Origin: Acidobacteriota bacterium
GTDB taxonomy: Bacteria > Acidobacteriota > Thermoanaerobaculia > Gp7-AA8
Assembly: GCA_019244185.1 (NCBI GenBank)
Contig: JAFATB010000020.1
Coordinates: 32,001 to 96,000, forward strand
Direction of reading: 5' to 3'
Length of the DNA: 64,000 nucleotides
Of the stretch, positions 31,337-40,470 are shown one piece after another; position 1 is the stretch's first letter, and each line of letters starts with the position of its first letter. The position numbers and the translations under genes are program-made. The notes below the pieces were generated by a model that made no database searches, had not been told where the DNA came from, and saw only the letters and a program-made list of their open reading frames with translations.

Positions 31337-31603
31337 ATGCGGAAACTTTCTCTTCCCCTCGTTCTCGTACTCACACTCGCGTCCGCCCTTCCCGTGCACG
31401 CCGCCTCGGCGTCTGCGCCGGCTGGGACACGCCTCGGCATCCGGTCAGCGCTGCAAGTCACTGCTCGGCTCCTCGCGAGCGATCCCTTCCTCGCGGCAAT
31501 CACGCCGGTTCTCCACATTTTTTCCGACATGCCCGTGCCGCCCATCCCCGCGCCGCCCAAGCAGACGGCGCCAACGATTTTCCCGGCGGCGAGAGGCCAA
31601 TAA
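31337..31603 (+). CDS. Small secreted peptide precursor (88 aa) with Pro-rich C-terminal segment
   Basis: AGAAGG RBS; signal peptide MRKLSLPLVLVLTLASALPVHA; amphipathic helix then HIFSDMPVPPIP. Confidence 0.7.
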   Translation: MRKLSLPLVLVLTLASALPVHAASASAPAGTRLGIRSALQVTARLLASDPFLAAITPVLHIFSDMPVPPIPAPPKQTAPTIFPAARGQ

Positions 31604-31734
31604 ACCGATAGGTAGCGCGCGGCGACATCGACGTGGCGCCGGCGGTCGGAACCCTTCATCGGCGGCTCGCGATTCGATCGCGTGCGCTCGCATCGACGGG
31701 CCACGTGCATGCAATCTTGCGTCCGATTACCGGA

Positions 31735-32154
31735 TTCACGTGTCCAGTTGCCGGACTCGCTCGTCCATTTCCCGGATTCAATCCAGAAATCTTGGCTTTC
31801 ACGCGTCCAGTTCCCGGATGCATCCCAGAATTTTCGGCTTTCATGCGACTGATTCTGGTTTTCATCCCAGAATTTCTGGCTTTCATGCGACCGATTCTGG
31901 CTTTCAATCCAGAATTTCTGGCTTTCATGCGAGCGATTCTGGCTTTCAATCCAGAATTTCTGGCTTTCATGCGACTGATTCTGGCTTTCAATCCAGAATT
32001 TCTGGTTTTCGTGCGACTGATTCTGGTTTTCATCCCGGAATTTCTGGCTTTCATGCGACCGGTTCTGGCTTTCATCCCGGAACTTCTCGCATTCATGCGA
32101 CGGGTTCCGAGGTTCATTCCAGAACTTCTCGCATTCATGCCACCAGCGCCGACG
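31735..32154. repeat. Tandem array of 20 x 21-bp units forming an alternating 42-bp higher-order repeat
   Basis: Units alternate ttcatgcgactgattctggct / ttcaatccagaatttctggct, degenerate toward both ends. Confidence 0.95.
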
Positions 32155-32257
32155 TTCTTCCGTCGCTTCCGGCGTTCACGCCACCGATCTGCACGTGATG
32201 AGTCGTTTCTGGCGTGCTAATCGCGCGCCGCGCGAGCTGCTCGCGTGCTGACGGCGA

Positions 32258-32899
32258 CTACGTGAGTCGGATCCCCGCTAGCCACGCTGGTGCGCCGTGC
32301 TCGCCGTGGAAGCGCGTATAGACGCGATCGGATTCGATGCGGAGGACGGTCCAGCCGCTGTCCGAGGGAAACGCGGCGAGCAGTTCCCGTTCGCTGACGG
32401 GATGCGGACCGATGTCGGGACCCTGGTCGCTGAAGCAGAGGATGTAGAGCATTCCATCGCGCGTGGTCACGGACGCGACGCTGGCGACGTAGCGCGGGCG
32501 CTCGTCGGCGTCGCAGGTGTGAAAGAGGCCGCAGTCGAGCACCGTGTCGAACGTGCGGCCGAGGCGTTCGAGTGCAAACGCATCGGCGACGGCGAAGTCC
32601 GCGTCGAGGCCGCGGTCGGTCGCTTTCTTGCGCGCGATGGCGATCGCGGTCTCCGCGACGTCGACGCCGAGGACCGGCAAGCCGAGCGAGGCGACGAGCA
32701 GCGCGTGCTCGCCGGTGCCGCAGCCAGCATCGAGCACCGCGCCGTGAAACGCGCCGGCATGCGCGAGACGCACGAACGCAGGCTGCGGCGCGCCGATGTC
32801 CCACGGCGCGGGACCGTCGTGATACGACGCATCCCACGGGCGTCCGGTCATGCGCTCGTGGCTCGTGGGCTGCCGTCCGCCAAACGGGTCATTTGACAT
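32258..32899 (-). CDS. Class I SAM-dependent methyltransferase
   Basis: PWDIGAPQP, VLDAGCGTGEHA, GVDVAETAI, FDTVLDCGLFH; start reassigned to ATG 32899. Confidence 0.9.
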   Translation of the reverse strand: MSNDPFGGRQPTSHERMTGRPWDASYHDGPAPWDIGAPQPAFVRLAHAGAFHGAVLDAGCGTGEHALLVASLGLPVLGVDVAETAIAIARKKATDRGLDADFAVADAFALERLGRTFDTVLDCGLFHTCDADERPRYVASVASVTTRDGMLYILCFSDQGPDIGPHPVSERELLAAFPSDSGWTVLRIESDRVYTRFHGEHGAPAWLAGIRLT

Positions 32900-32959
32900 G
32901 TCGCGGGATTTTGCCACGCGCCGGAACATCCGAAGACGCCGCACGCGCGTAAGGAGTGC

Positions 32960-33616
32960 GTGAGCTCGCAACGAGGCGTCGGTATGCTCGCCGCGGTCGT
33001 CGCCGTCGGCTATCTCGTCATCGGCGTGACGCACTTCTGTCTTCCCGCGCGCCAGCTGCAGGGCGCGGCGTCGCTGTTCGCGTCGCTCGCGCGCGACGGC
33101 AACGCGATCTTCCGCGTGCACTACTGGGCGTTCGCGATCACTTCCCTCTTGGCAATGGCGCTCGTCGTGAGCGTCCGTCCCGAGCGCGGTGAGCCCGATC
33201 TGTTTCTCCAGGTCGCGCGCGTCTGGGCACTCCTCGCCTTCGCCGTGACCGCCGTCGATTTTCTCTACGTCCAGCAACGCGCGCTGACGATCGCCGAACA
33301 GTGGAACTCGCTCGACGCGAGCAGCCAACAAGCCCTCCTCGTCCTCGGCACCGGCCGCATCGACGCGACGTGGTTCATCGGCTTTGCCGCGCTCGCGCCG
33401 TGGCCGATCGCTCTGTCGCGCGCGGCGCGCCGCTCCGGCGTCTGGCCGCGCGCGACGCGGGTCGCCGCGTATCTCGTGTCCATCGACGCGCTCTGCGTGA
33501 GCCTCGGCGCGCTCGCGCATCAGTTCCTCTTCGTCAACCTCGCCGCCGCCGGCGCGATCGTCGTCACGCCGGCGTTCTTCGTCCTCATGTCGCGGCAATC
33601 GCTGCGCGCCGACTGA
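32960..33616 (+). CDS. Polytopic membrane protein, unknown function
   Basis: AAGGAG RBS, GTG start; ~6 hydrophobic segments. Confidence 0.7.
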   Translation: MSSQRGVGMLAAVVAVGYLVIGVTHFCLPARQLQGAASLFASLARDGNAIFRVHYWAFAITSLLAMALVVSVRPERGEPDLFLQVARVWALLAFAVTAVDFLYVQQRALTIAEQWNSLDASSQQALLVLGTGRIDATWFIGFAALAPWPIALSRAARRSGVWPRATRVAAYLVSIDALCVSLGALAHQFLFVNLAAAGAIVVTPAFFVLMSRQSLRAD

Positions 33617-33633
33617 AGCGCGCGACCGCCAGG

Positions 33634-33861
33634 TCACCGCGGCAGCGCTTCGATCCCCTTCAGCACGAGCAGCGTGTTGCGGCGATCCCACGCGCCGAGC
33701 GCGAAGAGGCCGAGGAGGACGATCGAGTATGTGGCGACGGCGGAGAGAAGCAGGAGGACGAAGGCGGCGGCGAAGCACCACAGCTTGAAGTGCGACTGCG
33801 CGCGATCGATGCGGTCGAGGGTGGCGCGGCGGACGGGGTCGAGATTCGTTTCGGTGACCAT
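33634..33861 (-). CDS. Small membrane protein (possible anti-sigma partner of the truncated sigma)
   Basis: AAGGAGA RBS; hydrophobic core; downstream of sigma fragment. Confidence 0.6.
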   Translation of the reverse strand: MVTETNLDPVRRATLDRIDRAQSHFKLWCFAAAFVLLLLSAVATYSIVLLGLFALGAWDRRNTLLVLKGIEALPR

Positions 33862-33960
33862 CGATATCTCCTTCAGTGTTTGTGGCAGCGATGTAGAGCA
33901 CGAGCGGGATGAGCACGAGGGCTTCGAGAACGACGTAGGTCCAGACCATGGTGTTTTGCT

Positions 33961-34298
33961 TCACGCGAGTTCCAGTGCGCGGCGGAGGCAGCGCAGGCCG
34001 TACGCGAGTCGCGACTTCGCGGTGCCGGGAGCGATGGCGAGGATGTCCGCGGTTTCCTGCAGCGTCAGTCCGTGTTCGTAATGCAGCGTGAGCACGGCAC
34101 GGCTTGCGGGTGACAGCGCGTCGAGATGTGCGGGCAGCGCGTCGAGCAGCGCCTCGACCTCGCGCGGCACTTCTTCGATCTGTGCAGCGACGTCAACATC
34201 GAGCGGCTCCTCATTGCGGCGGCGGCGCAACTTGCGCAACCGGCGGAACGCCTCGCGCGATGCGATGCGAATCGCCCACGCTTCGAAGAGCGCCGGCG
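33961..34298 (-). pseudogene. 5'-truncated ECF sigma factor
   Basis: Retains end of region 2 (PALFEAWAIRIASREAFRRLR) and region 4 (LSPASRAVLTLHYEHGLTLQETADILAIAPGTAKSRL); upstream frame runs into the hairpin element. Confidence 0.8.
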
Positions 34299-34418
34299 GG
34301 CGCGGCCGGCTGCGCTAAGGGCATAGCCGATTCGCACGTGCGGCTGCACTGAACTTCATCGAAAGCAGCCGCACGTGTTGCCTGGCTATGCCCTTAGCGC
34401 AGCCGGCCGCGCCGGCCC
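34299..34418. repeat. Long inverted repeat (REP/MITE-like hairpin), copy 2
   Basis: ggcgcggccggctgcgctaagggcatagcc pairs perfectly with ggctatgcccttagcgcagccggccgcgcc; inner cacgtgcggctgc/gcagccgcacgtg. Confidence 0.88.
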
Positions 34419-34454
34419 TTGCTGCGCGCATCGTTTGCATGTAAAAAGCGCCGC

Positions 34455-35873
34455 ATGGCGCAAGTACATGAAGTCGTAATGCCGCAGATGGGCGAGTCGA
34501 TCGCCGAGGGAACCGTGTCGCGCTGGCTGAAGAAGGTCGGCGACAAGGTCGAACGCGACGAGCCGCTGCTCGAGATCTCCACCGACAAAGTCGACGCGGA
34601 GATCCCCTCGCCCGCCGCCGGCGTCCTCACCGAAATCCTCGTCAAAGAAGGCGACACCGTCCCGGTCAACGCTCCGGTCGCGCGTATCGCGCCGGAAGGC
34701 GCTGCATCCGCCGCCGCACCGGAACCCGCCGCGGCTCCCGCTCCCGCGACAGAGCCCGAGCAGCAGGCCGCCGCACAGTCGACCGCGCAGGAAGTGAAGC
34801 AGGAGGCGCCCGCCGCCCAACCCGCGCAAGCACCCGCACCGGCGCCGGCACCGCAGGCGTCGCAGCCCGCGGAAAGCGAATCCGCCGACGACGAGAACAT
34901 CACCTCGCTCGATGAACGGCGCCGCACCAAGTCGTCGCCGCTCGTCCGCAAGATCGCCAAAGAAAACAACGTCGACATCTCGCAGATCTCCGGCACCGGA
35001 GTCTCCGGACGCGTGACGAAGAACGACATCCTCGACTTCCTCCAGCAGCCGAAGCCGGCCGCGGCATCGCAGCCGTCGCAGCAGCAGCCGGCCGCCGCCG
35101 CATCCGCGGCATCGCAGCCGAGCGAGGCGCCGCAGGCGCGCGCGCCGCGTCCGGCGCCGTCGTTCGCGGAAGGAGAAAGCGTCCGCCTCGAGCCGCTCTC
35201 GGTGATGCGCAAGCGCATCGCGCAGCACATGATCCAGTCGAAGCAGACCTCGGCGCACGTCACGACCGTCTTCGAGGTCGACTTCACCGCCGTCGACAAG
35301 CTGCGCCGGCAGAACAAAGACGCCTACGCCGAGCGCGGCGTCAAGCTCACGTACCTCCCCTTCATCGTGCAGGCGGTCATCGCCGGCCTGCGCGAGTTCC
35401 CGGTGCTCAATGCGTCGATGGACGAGCACAACGTCGTCTATCACCGCGAGCTGAACATCGGCATCGCCGTCGCGCTCGAGTGGGGTCTCATCGTCCCCGT
35501 GCTCAAGCGCGCGGACGAGCTGAACGTCCTCGGCGTCGCGCGCGCCGTCAACGACCTCGGCGACCGCGCGCGCGCGAAGAAGCTCGCGCCGGACGACGTG
35601 CAGGGCGGCACGTTCACCATCACGAACCCCGGCATCTTCGGAAGCCTCTTCGGCACGCCGATCATCAATCAGCCGCAGGTGGCCATCCTCGGCGTCGGCG
35701 GCGTGAAGAAGCGCCCGGTGGTCGTCGAGACGAAGGAAGGCGACTTCATCGCCATCCGCTCGATGTGCTACCTCGCGCTGACCTTCGATCACCGCCTCAT
35801 CGACGGCGCGGTCGCCGACCAATTCATGGCGCGCGTCAAGGCGATCATCGAGAGCGGCCAGTTCACGATGTAA
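34455..35873 (+). CDS. pdhC: Dihydrolipoamide acyltransferase (E2), single lipoyl domain
   Basis: MPQMGESIAEG, EISTDKVDAEI, SPLVRKIA..GTGVSGRVTK, GGTFTITN, FDHRLIDGA; could be SucB/Bkd type. Confidence 0.85.
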   Translation: MAQVHEVVMPQMGESIAEGTVSRWLKKVGDKVERDEPLLEISTDKVDAEIPSPAAGVLTEILVKEGDTVPVNAPVARIAPEGAASAAAPEPAAAPAPATEPEQQAAAQSTAQEVKQEAPAAQPAQAPAPAPAPQASQPAESESADDENITSLDERRRTKSSPLVRKIAKENNVDISQISGTGVSGRVTKNDILDFLQQPKPAAASQPSQQQPAAAASAASQPSEAPQARAPRPAPSFAEGESVRLEPLSVMRKRIAQHMIQSKQTSAHVTTVFEVDFTAVDKLRRQNKDAYAERGVKLTYLPFIVQAVIAGLREFPVLNASMDEHNVVYHRELNIGIAVALEWGLIVPVLKRADELNVLGVARAVNDLGDRARAKKLAPDDVQGGTFTITNPGIFGSLFGTPIINQPQVAILGVGGVKKRPVVVETKEGDFIAIRSMCYLALTFDHRLIDGAVADQFMARVKAIIESGQFTM

Positions 35874-35916
35874 ACATCGGGAACTCCAGCGCATGCGGAA
35901 ACGTTATGGAGGCGGC

Positions 35917-37695
35917 GTGAAGCGCCTCCTCGTTTCCCTGCTCCTCGCCGCGGCGGCCGTTTCCGCGCAGGCGCAGTTCGTCCCGCCGGTGCCGAAAGGC
36001 ATCGTGCGCGACGGCTCGCCGCACGTGCCGAAGCGGCCGATCGCATTTCCTTCCGCGGACGAAGCGTGGCTGCGCGCGCGCTCGCCGCATTTCGTGGTCA
36101 TCAGCAGCGCGAGCGAGACGCGCACGCGCAACATCGTCACGGATCTCGAAACGCTGGCCGAGGTGCTGACGCAGACGAGCACGAGATTCCAGCGAGCGAC
36201 GACGCCGACGACCGTGTTCGTCTTCGCGAACCGCGCCGAGAGCCAGCCGTACTTCGATCTCCTCCTCGGCCGCGAGAGCTCCCCCGCCACCGGCGTCTAC
36301 GTGCACCACGACGCCGGCGGCACGATGTTCATCGACACCGCGCAGCGCCGCTTCACGCGCACCGCGATTCACGAGCTCATCCACGACCTGCTGCGCCAGG
36401 GCGACGCCGTGCCGCCGCTGTGGATCGAGGAAGGCATGGCCGAGTACTTCAGCACCGCGCACATCGAGAAAGACGGCGTCGTAGCGGGCTTCCCGATCTC
36501 GGAACACGTGGCGCTGCTGCAGCGCATGCAGCTGCGGCCGATCGAGGAGATGTTCGCGACGAAGAGCGACTCCGACGCCGCTGCATCGACCTACTTTTAC
36601 GCGGAGAGCTGGGCCGCGGTCGACTGGCTGATGCAGCAGAACGCCGACGCGTTCTACGCCTTCCTGCACGACCTCGAGCTCGGCATCGACACCGGCGTCG
36701 CGCTCGAAGCGCATTACGGCAAGTCGCTCGACGATCTGCGCCGCGCGCTGCGCGGCAGCAGCCGCGACGGCGAGATGGTGCGGCTGCGTGGGAGCATCGG
36801 CGATCCCGCGGTCGACGTCGCGCCGCTCGATCGCGCGTCGCTGCTCTGCGAGCTCGGCATGTTCCTGCAGCACGTCGAAGGAGCCGAGAAAGACGCGGAG
36901 CGCCATCTGCGCGCGGCGCTCGACGAGAACCCGCGCCACGCGCGCGCGCTTGCCGCGCTCGGCGACTTCGAGGCCGCCATCGCCGCAGATCCGATCGACG
37001 CGGACATTCACCTCCGCTACGCCGAGTTCCTCATGCAGCGCGCGATCGGGCCGTTCGCCGGCATCTACGAAGTCGCGCCGGGCGACCTCGCTCCGTTCCG
37101 CAAGGCGCGCGTGCTCGCCGAACGCGCGCTCGCGCTCGGCGGCGACGAGGCGCGCGCCCGCGGCGCGATTGGCGCGAGCTATCTCGTCGAGGACGACTTC
37201 GCTCCCGGCATCGCGCCGCTCGAACGCGCTGTCGTGCTCGCGCCCACGCGCTACGACTACGCCGTGCATCTGTATGCGATGCTGCTGCGCGGCGGTCAGC
37301 GCGCGAAAGCCGATGCGCTCTACGCGCGCGTCTTCGAGCGCGCGCGCGATCCGCAGGCCGTCTTCGCCGCGCGTAACGTACGCCTGCGCGTCGAGAGCGA
37401 CCGCGCCACCGCGCTCGCGAAAGCGGGCAAGCTCGACGAGGCCGCGACCATCGTGCGCCAGCTCGCGTCGACCATCGGCGATCCGTCCGCGCGGCGCGAG
37501 CTCGAACAGCAGGCCGCGTCGCTCGCCGCCACCGCCGCCGTCAACCGGCAGATCGCGATGTACAACCAGGCCATCGTCGCCGCGAACTCGGGCCAGAAGC
37601 GTGAAGCGCGGCGCATCATCGACGAGCTGCTGCGCATCGCCACCGATCCCAACGTTCTCCGCGACGCGAAGAAACTGCGCGAGGAAGTGCGGTGA
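35917..37695 (+). CDS. Secreted gluzincin-like (DUF1570-type) metallopeptidase with TPRs
   Basis: Signal peptide; HELIH...PLWIEEGMAEYF; FYAESWA; TPR-like C-terminus. Confidence 0.8.
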   Translation: MKRLLVSLLLAAAAVSAQAQFVPPVPKGIVRDGSPHVPKRPIAFPSADEAWLRARSPHFVVISSASETRTRNIVTDLETLAEVLTQTSTRFQRATTPTTVFVFANRAESQPYFDLLLGRESSPATGVYVHHDAGGTMFIDTAQRRFTRTAIHELIHDLLRQGDAVPPLWIEEGMAEYFSTAHIEKDGVVAGFPISEHVALLQRMQLRPIEEMFATKSDSDAAASTYFYAESWAAVDWLMQQNADAFYAFLHDLELGIDTGVALEAHYGKSLDDLRRALRGSSRDGEMVRLRGSIGDPAVDVAPLDRASLLCELGMFLQHVEGAEKDAERHLRAALDENPRHARALAALGDFEAAIAADPIDADIHLRYAEFLMQRAIGPFAGIYEVAPGDLAPFRKARVLAERALALGGDEARARGAIGASYLVEDDFAPGIAPLERAVVLAPTRYDYAVHLYAMLLRGGQRAKADALYARVFERARDPQAVFAARNVRLRVESDRATALAKAGKLDEAATIVRQLASTIGDPSARRELEQQAASLAATAAVNRQIAMYNQAIVAANSGQKREARRIIDELLRIATDPNVLRDAKKLREEVR

Positions 37696-38792
37696 CCGAT
37701 CCGCGCACCTGCGACGTGCATCGCCTCCATCTCGTCACGTACGAGAACGGGCTGAAGCTGCAGGAGAAGCTCGTCGAGCTGCGGCAGCGCGAGGCGATCG
37801 GCGATCAGCTGCTGCTCCTCGAACATCCGCCGGTGATCACGCTCGGCCGCGGCGGCAAGCTCGATCATCTCCTCGCCTCGCCTGCCGCGCTCGGCGCGAA
37901 CGGCGTGCGCTTCTACGAGACCACCCGCGGCGGCGACATCACGTATCACGGTCCCGGCCAGCTCGTCGGCTATCCGATCCTGCACCTCGGCGAAGGCAAT
38001 CGCGACATCCGCAAGTACGTGACGAACCTCGAGGAAGTGCTGATTCGCACGGTCGCCGAGTACGGCATCACCGCGACGCGCGTCGAAGGGCGGCGCGGCA
38101 TCTGGGTCGGCAACGACAAGATCGCGGCCATCGGCGTGCGTATCGCCCGCTGGGTCACCTCGCACGGCTGGGCGCTGAACGTGAACACGAACCTCGAGCA
38201 CTTCCGGCTCATCACGCCGTGCGGACTGCACGGCACCGGCGTCACCTCGATCGCGCGCGAGACGGGACGTTCGATCGCGATGAACGATGTCCGCGAGGTG
38301 CTCGCCGCCAAGTTCGCGGAAGTCTTCACCCGCACGCTCGTGCCGCGCGAGGAAACGCTGCGGCTCGTGAAGATCCTCGTGCACGATCCTTCGCAAGACA
38401 ACGTCCGAGTGCTGTTGCTCCATCGCAAGCCGCAGCGCGGCGACTTCTGGCAGCCGATCACCGGCTCCATCGAGCCCGACGAAGCGCCCGACGCCACCGC
38501 GCGCCGCGAGCTCGTCGAAGAAACGGGACACGCCGGCGAGCCGCGGCCGCTCGAGCTCGTGCAGTCGTTCATGATCGAGTCGCACTATCTCGAGTCGCGC
38601 GGGTTCACGCCGCCCATCATCGCCAGCGAGATCTGCTACACCGCGGCGCTCGACGCGCGGCTGCCGATCCGCCTCGACGCGGACGAGCACGACGACTACG
38701 GCTGGTTTACGCTCGACGAGGCGTATGAAAGGATTCGGTGGACCGACGACCGCGAGGCGCTCGAACGGTTCCAACGACTCGCAAACGCATGA
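37692..38792 (+). CDS. lipB: Octanoyltransferase LipB fused to C-terminal Nudix hydrolase
   Basis: LLEHPPVITLG, RGGDITYHGPGQLVGYPI, KIAAIG, HGWALN, ITPCG; then WQPITGSIEPDEAPDATARRELVEETG Nudix box. Confidence 0.93.
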   Translation: MTDPRTCDVHRLHLVTYENGLKLQEKLVELRQREAIGDQLLLLEHPPVITLGRGGKLDHLLASPAALGANGVRFYETTRGGDITYHGPGQLVGYPILHLGEGNRDIRKYVTNLEEVLIRTVAEYGITATRVEGRRGIWVGNDKIAAIGVRIARWVTSHGWALNVNTNLEHFRLITPCGLHGTGVTSIARETGRSIAMNDVREVLAAKFAEVFTRTLVPREETLRLVKILVHDPSQDNVRVLLLHRKPQRGDFWQPITGSIEPDEAPDATARRELVEETGHAGEPRPLELVQSFMIESHYLESRGFTPPIIASEICYTAALDARLPIRLDADEHDDYGWFTLDEAYERIRWTDDREALERFQRLANA

Positions 38793-39658
38793 CACCGATC
38801 AACAAACGCGCGGGACAGCGGCCGGAATGGCTGAAGGTGCGCGTGCCGGGCAACCTCGACGCGCTGCCGGTCTCGCATCTCATCAACGATCTCAAGCTCA
38901 ACACCGTCTGCCAGGAAGCGCGCTGCCCGAACATCTTCGAATGCTGGGCTGCCGGCACGGCGACGTTCATGATCCTCGGCGAGATCTGCACGCGCCGCTG
39001 CACGTTCTGCGCGGTCGGCCGCGGCGTCCCCTCGCCGGTCGATGACGACGAGCCGCGCCGCGTCGCCGAAGCCGTCGAGACCATGCGCGTGAAGCACGCC
39101 GTCATCACGATGGTCAATCGCGACGACATGCCGGACGGCGGCGCGGAGCACGTCGCGCGCACCGTCGCCGCGGTCCGCGAGCGTACCGGCGCCGCGGTGG
39201 AAGTGCTCATCTCCGATCTCGAAGGCAACCGCGACGCGCTGCGCGTCGTCATCGATGCGCACCCCGAGGTACTCGCGCACAACATCGAAACCGTGCCGCG
39301 GCTGTATCCGGCGGTGCGGCCCGTCGCCAAGTACCAGCGCTCGCTCGACCTGCTGCGCTGGGCGCACGAGGCGAAGACGAACGGCATGCTGACGAAGTCG
39401 AGTCTGATGCTCGGCCTCGGCGAGACCGAGGACGAGATCCTCGACGTCGCGCGCGACCTGCGCGAAGCCGGCGTCGACATCTTCACGCTCGGGCAGTATC
39501 TCGCGCCGAGCGAGAAGAACCATCCGGTGCGGCGCTACTACACGCCGGAAGAGTTCGCGGAGCTCGGGAATCGCGCGCGGGCGCTCGGGTTTCATCACGT
39601 CGAGAGCGCGCCGCTCGTGCGGAGCTCGTATATGGCGCACCGCGCGGTTGGCGGATAG
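38789..39658 (+). CDS. lipA: Lipoyl synthase
   Basis: VCQEARCPNIFEC, CTRRCTFC, HNIETV, GQYL, VRSSY. Confidence 0.97.
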   Translation: MTPINKRAGQRPEWLKVRVPGNLDALPVSHLINDLKLNTVCQEARCPNIFECWAAGTATFMILGEICTRRCTFCAVGRGVPSPVDDDEPRRVAEAVETMRVKHAVITMVNRDDMPDGGAEHVARTVAAVRERTGAAVEVLISDLEGNRDALRVVIDAHPEVLAHNIETVPRLYPAVRPVAKYQRSLDLLRWAHEAKTNGMLTKSSLMLGLGETEDEILDVARDLREAGVDIFTLGQYLAPSEKNHPVRRYYTPEEFAELGNRARALGFHHVESAPLVRSSYMAHRAVGG

Positions 39659-39671
39659 AATCGCCGTCCCG

Positions 39672-39950
39672 ATGCCGCGCGTGACGTTCGCTGATGTCGC
39701 GAAAGAAGGCGAATTTCCGGCGGGAACCACGCTCTTGTCGATCGCCGAGAAGCTGGACGTGCGCGTCAGCCACGTCTGCGGTGGCGACGGCGCGTGCGGG
39801 ACTTGCAGGATCGAAGTCGTCGACGGCTGGGACCAGCTCACGCCGCCGACGCCCGACGAGACGTACAAGGAGCTCGACCCGCCGTACCGGCTCAGTTGCC
39901 AGGCCCGGCTCCTCGGCAACGTCATCGTGAAAGTCGCAAAAATCGAGTGA
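39672..39950 (+). CDS. 2Fe-2S ferredoxin
   Basis: CGGDGACGTC ... RLSCQ. Confidence 0.9.
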   Translation: MPRVTFADVAKEGEFPAGTTLLSIAEKLDVRVSHVCGGDGACGTCRIEVVDGWDQLTPPTPDETYKELDPPYRLSCQARLLGNVIVKVAKIE

Positions 39951-39960
39951 GAGGTAACGC

Positions 39961-40470
39961 ATGACCGCAGTCGAAACCGTTCCCACGAACCTCACCGCGC
40001 AGCAGCTCGGCCAGCTCTTCCAGTACACCGTCGAGGCGTACAAGACGTTCCAGAAGTTCGCCGAGAATCTGCCGAACCCCGTCGCGCGCGATCTCTTCAA
40101 GTTCTTCGCGATCGACGAGCGCACGAACCGCGACCTGCTCGAGATGAAAGTCGCCGCGACGGAAGGCGGCCGCGTCCGTGCCACGCTCGGCCCCGACCTC
40201 ATCTTCCAGGAGCTCCTCGAAGGCGAGATGTCGTTCCGCAACTCCGCCGAGTTCCTCATCGGCCGCGAGCGCGCGCTCCAGCGCCGCCTGCGCGACTACC
40301 TCGGCAACGCCACGCCCGCCGACCGTTCGCTGCTCGTCTACCTCGAGTCGTGCAAGCGCTCGCACGTCGTCGAGCTCGAACGCGAGCTCGAGCTCATCAA
40401 GAACGATCCCGACTGGTGGAAGCGCGAAGACGCCGAATACCGCCTCGTCCACGGCGCGTCGCCCGCATGA
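39961..40470 (+). CDS. Ferritin/rubrerythrin-like four-helix protein with degenerate metal ligands
   Basis: GAGG RBS; helical pattern ARDLFKFFAIDERTN / LVYLESCKRSH resembles E..H ferritin-like repeats. Confidence 0.5.
   Translation: MTAVETVPTNLTAQQLGQLFQYTVEAYKTFQKFAENLPNPVARDLFKFFAIDERTNRDLLEMKVAATEGGRVRATLGPDLIFQELLEGEMSFRNSAEFLIGRERALQRRLRDYLGNATPADRSLLVYLESCKRSHVVELERELELIKNDPDWWKREDAEYRLVHGASPA

Larger units (their letters stand above)
22160..34420. other. Accessory block separating E1b from E2 (RHS toxin, regulatory cassette, tandem repeat, degraded genes)
   Basis: Splits the dehydrogenase cluster; visibly more A/T-rich third positions in 22200-32200; no integrase seen. Confidence 0.6.

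Noticed and set aside
31735-32154. Repeat array as a CRISPR
   Set aside because: Contiguous tandem units with no unique spacers; no cas genes
32900-33964. 568-aa ORF joining a hydrophobic peptide to the methyltransferase
   Set aside because: Middle part is antisense to the membrane-protein gene and motif-free; methyltransferase homology begins at 32899
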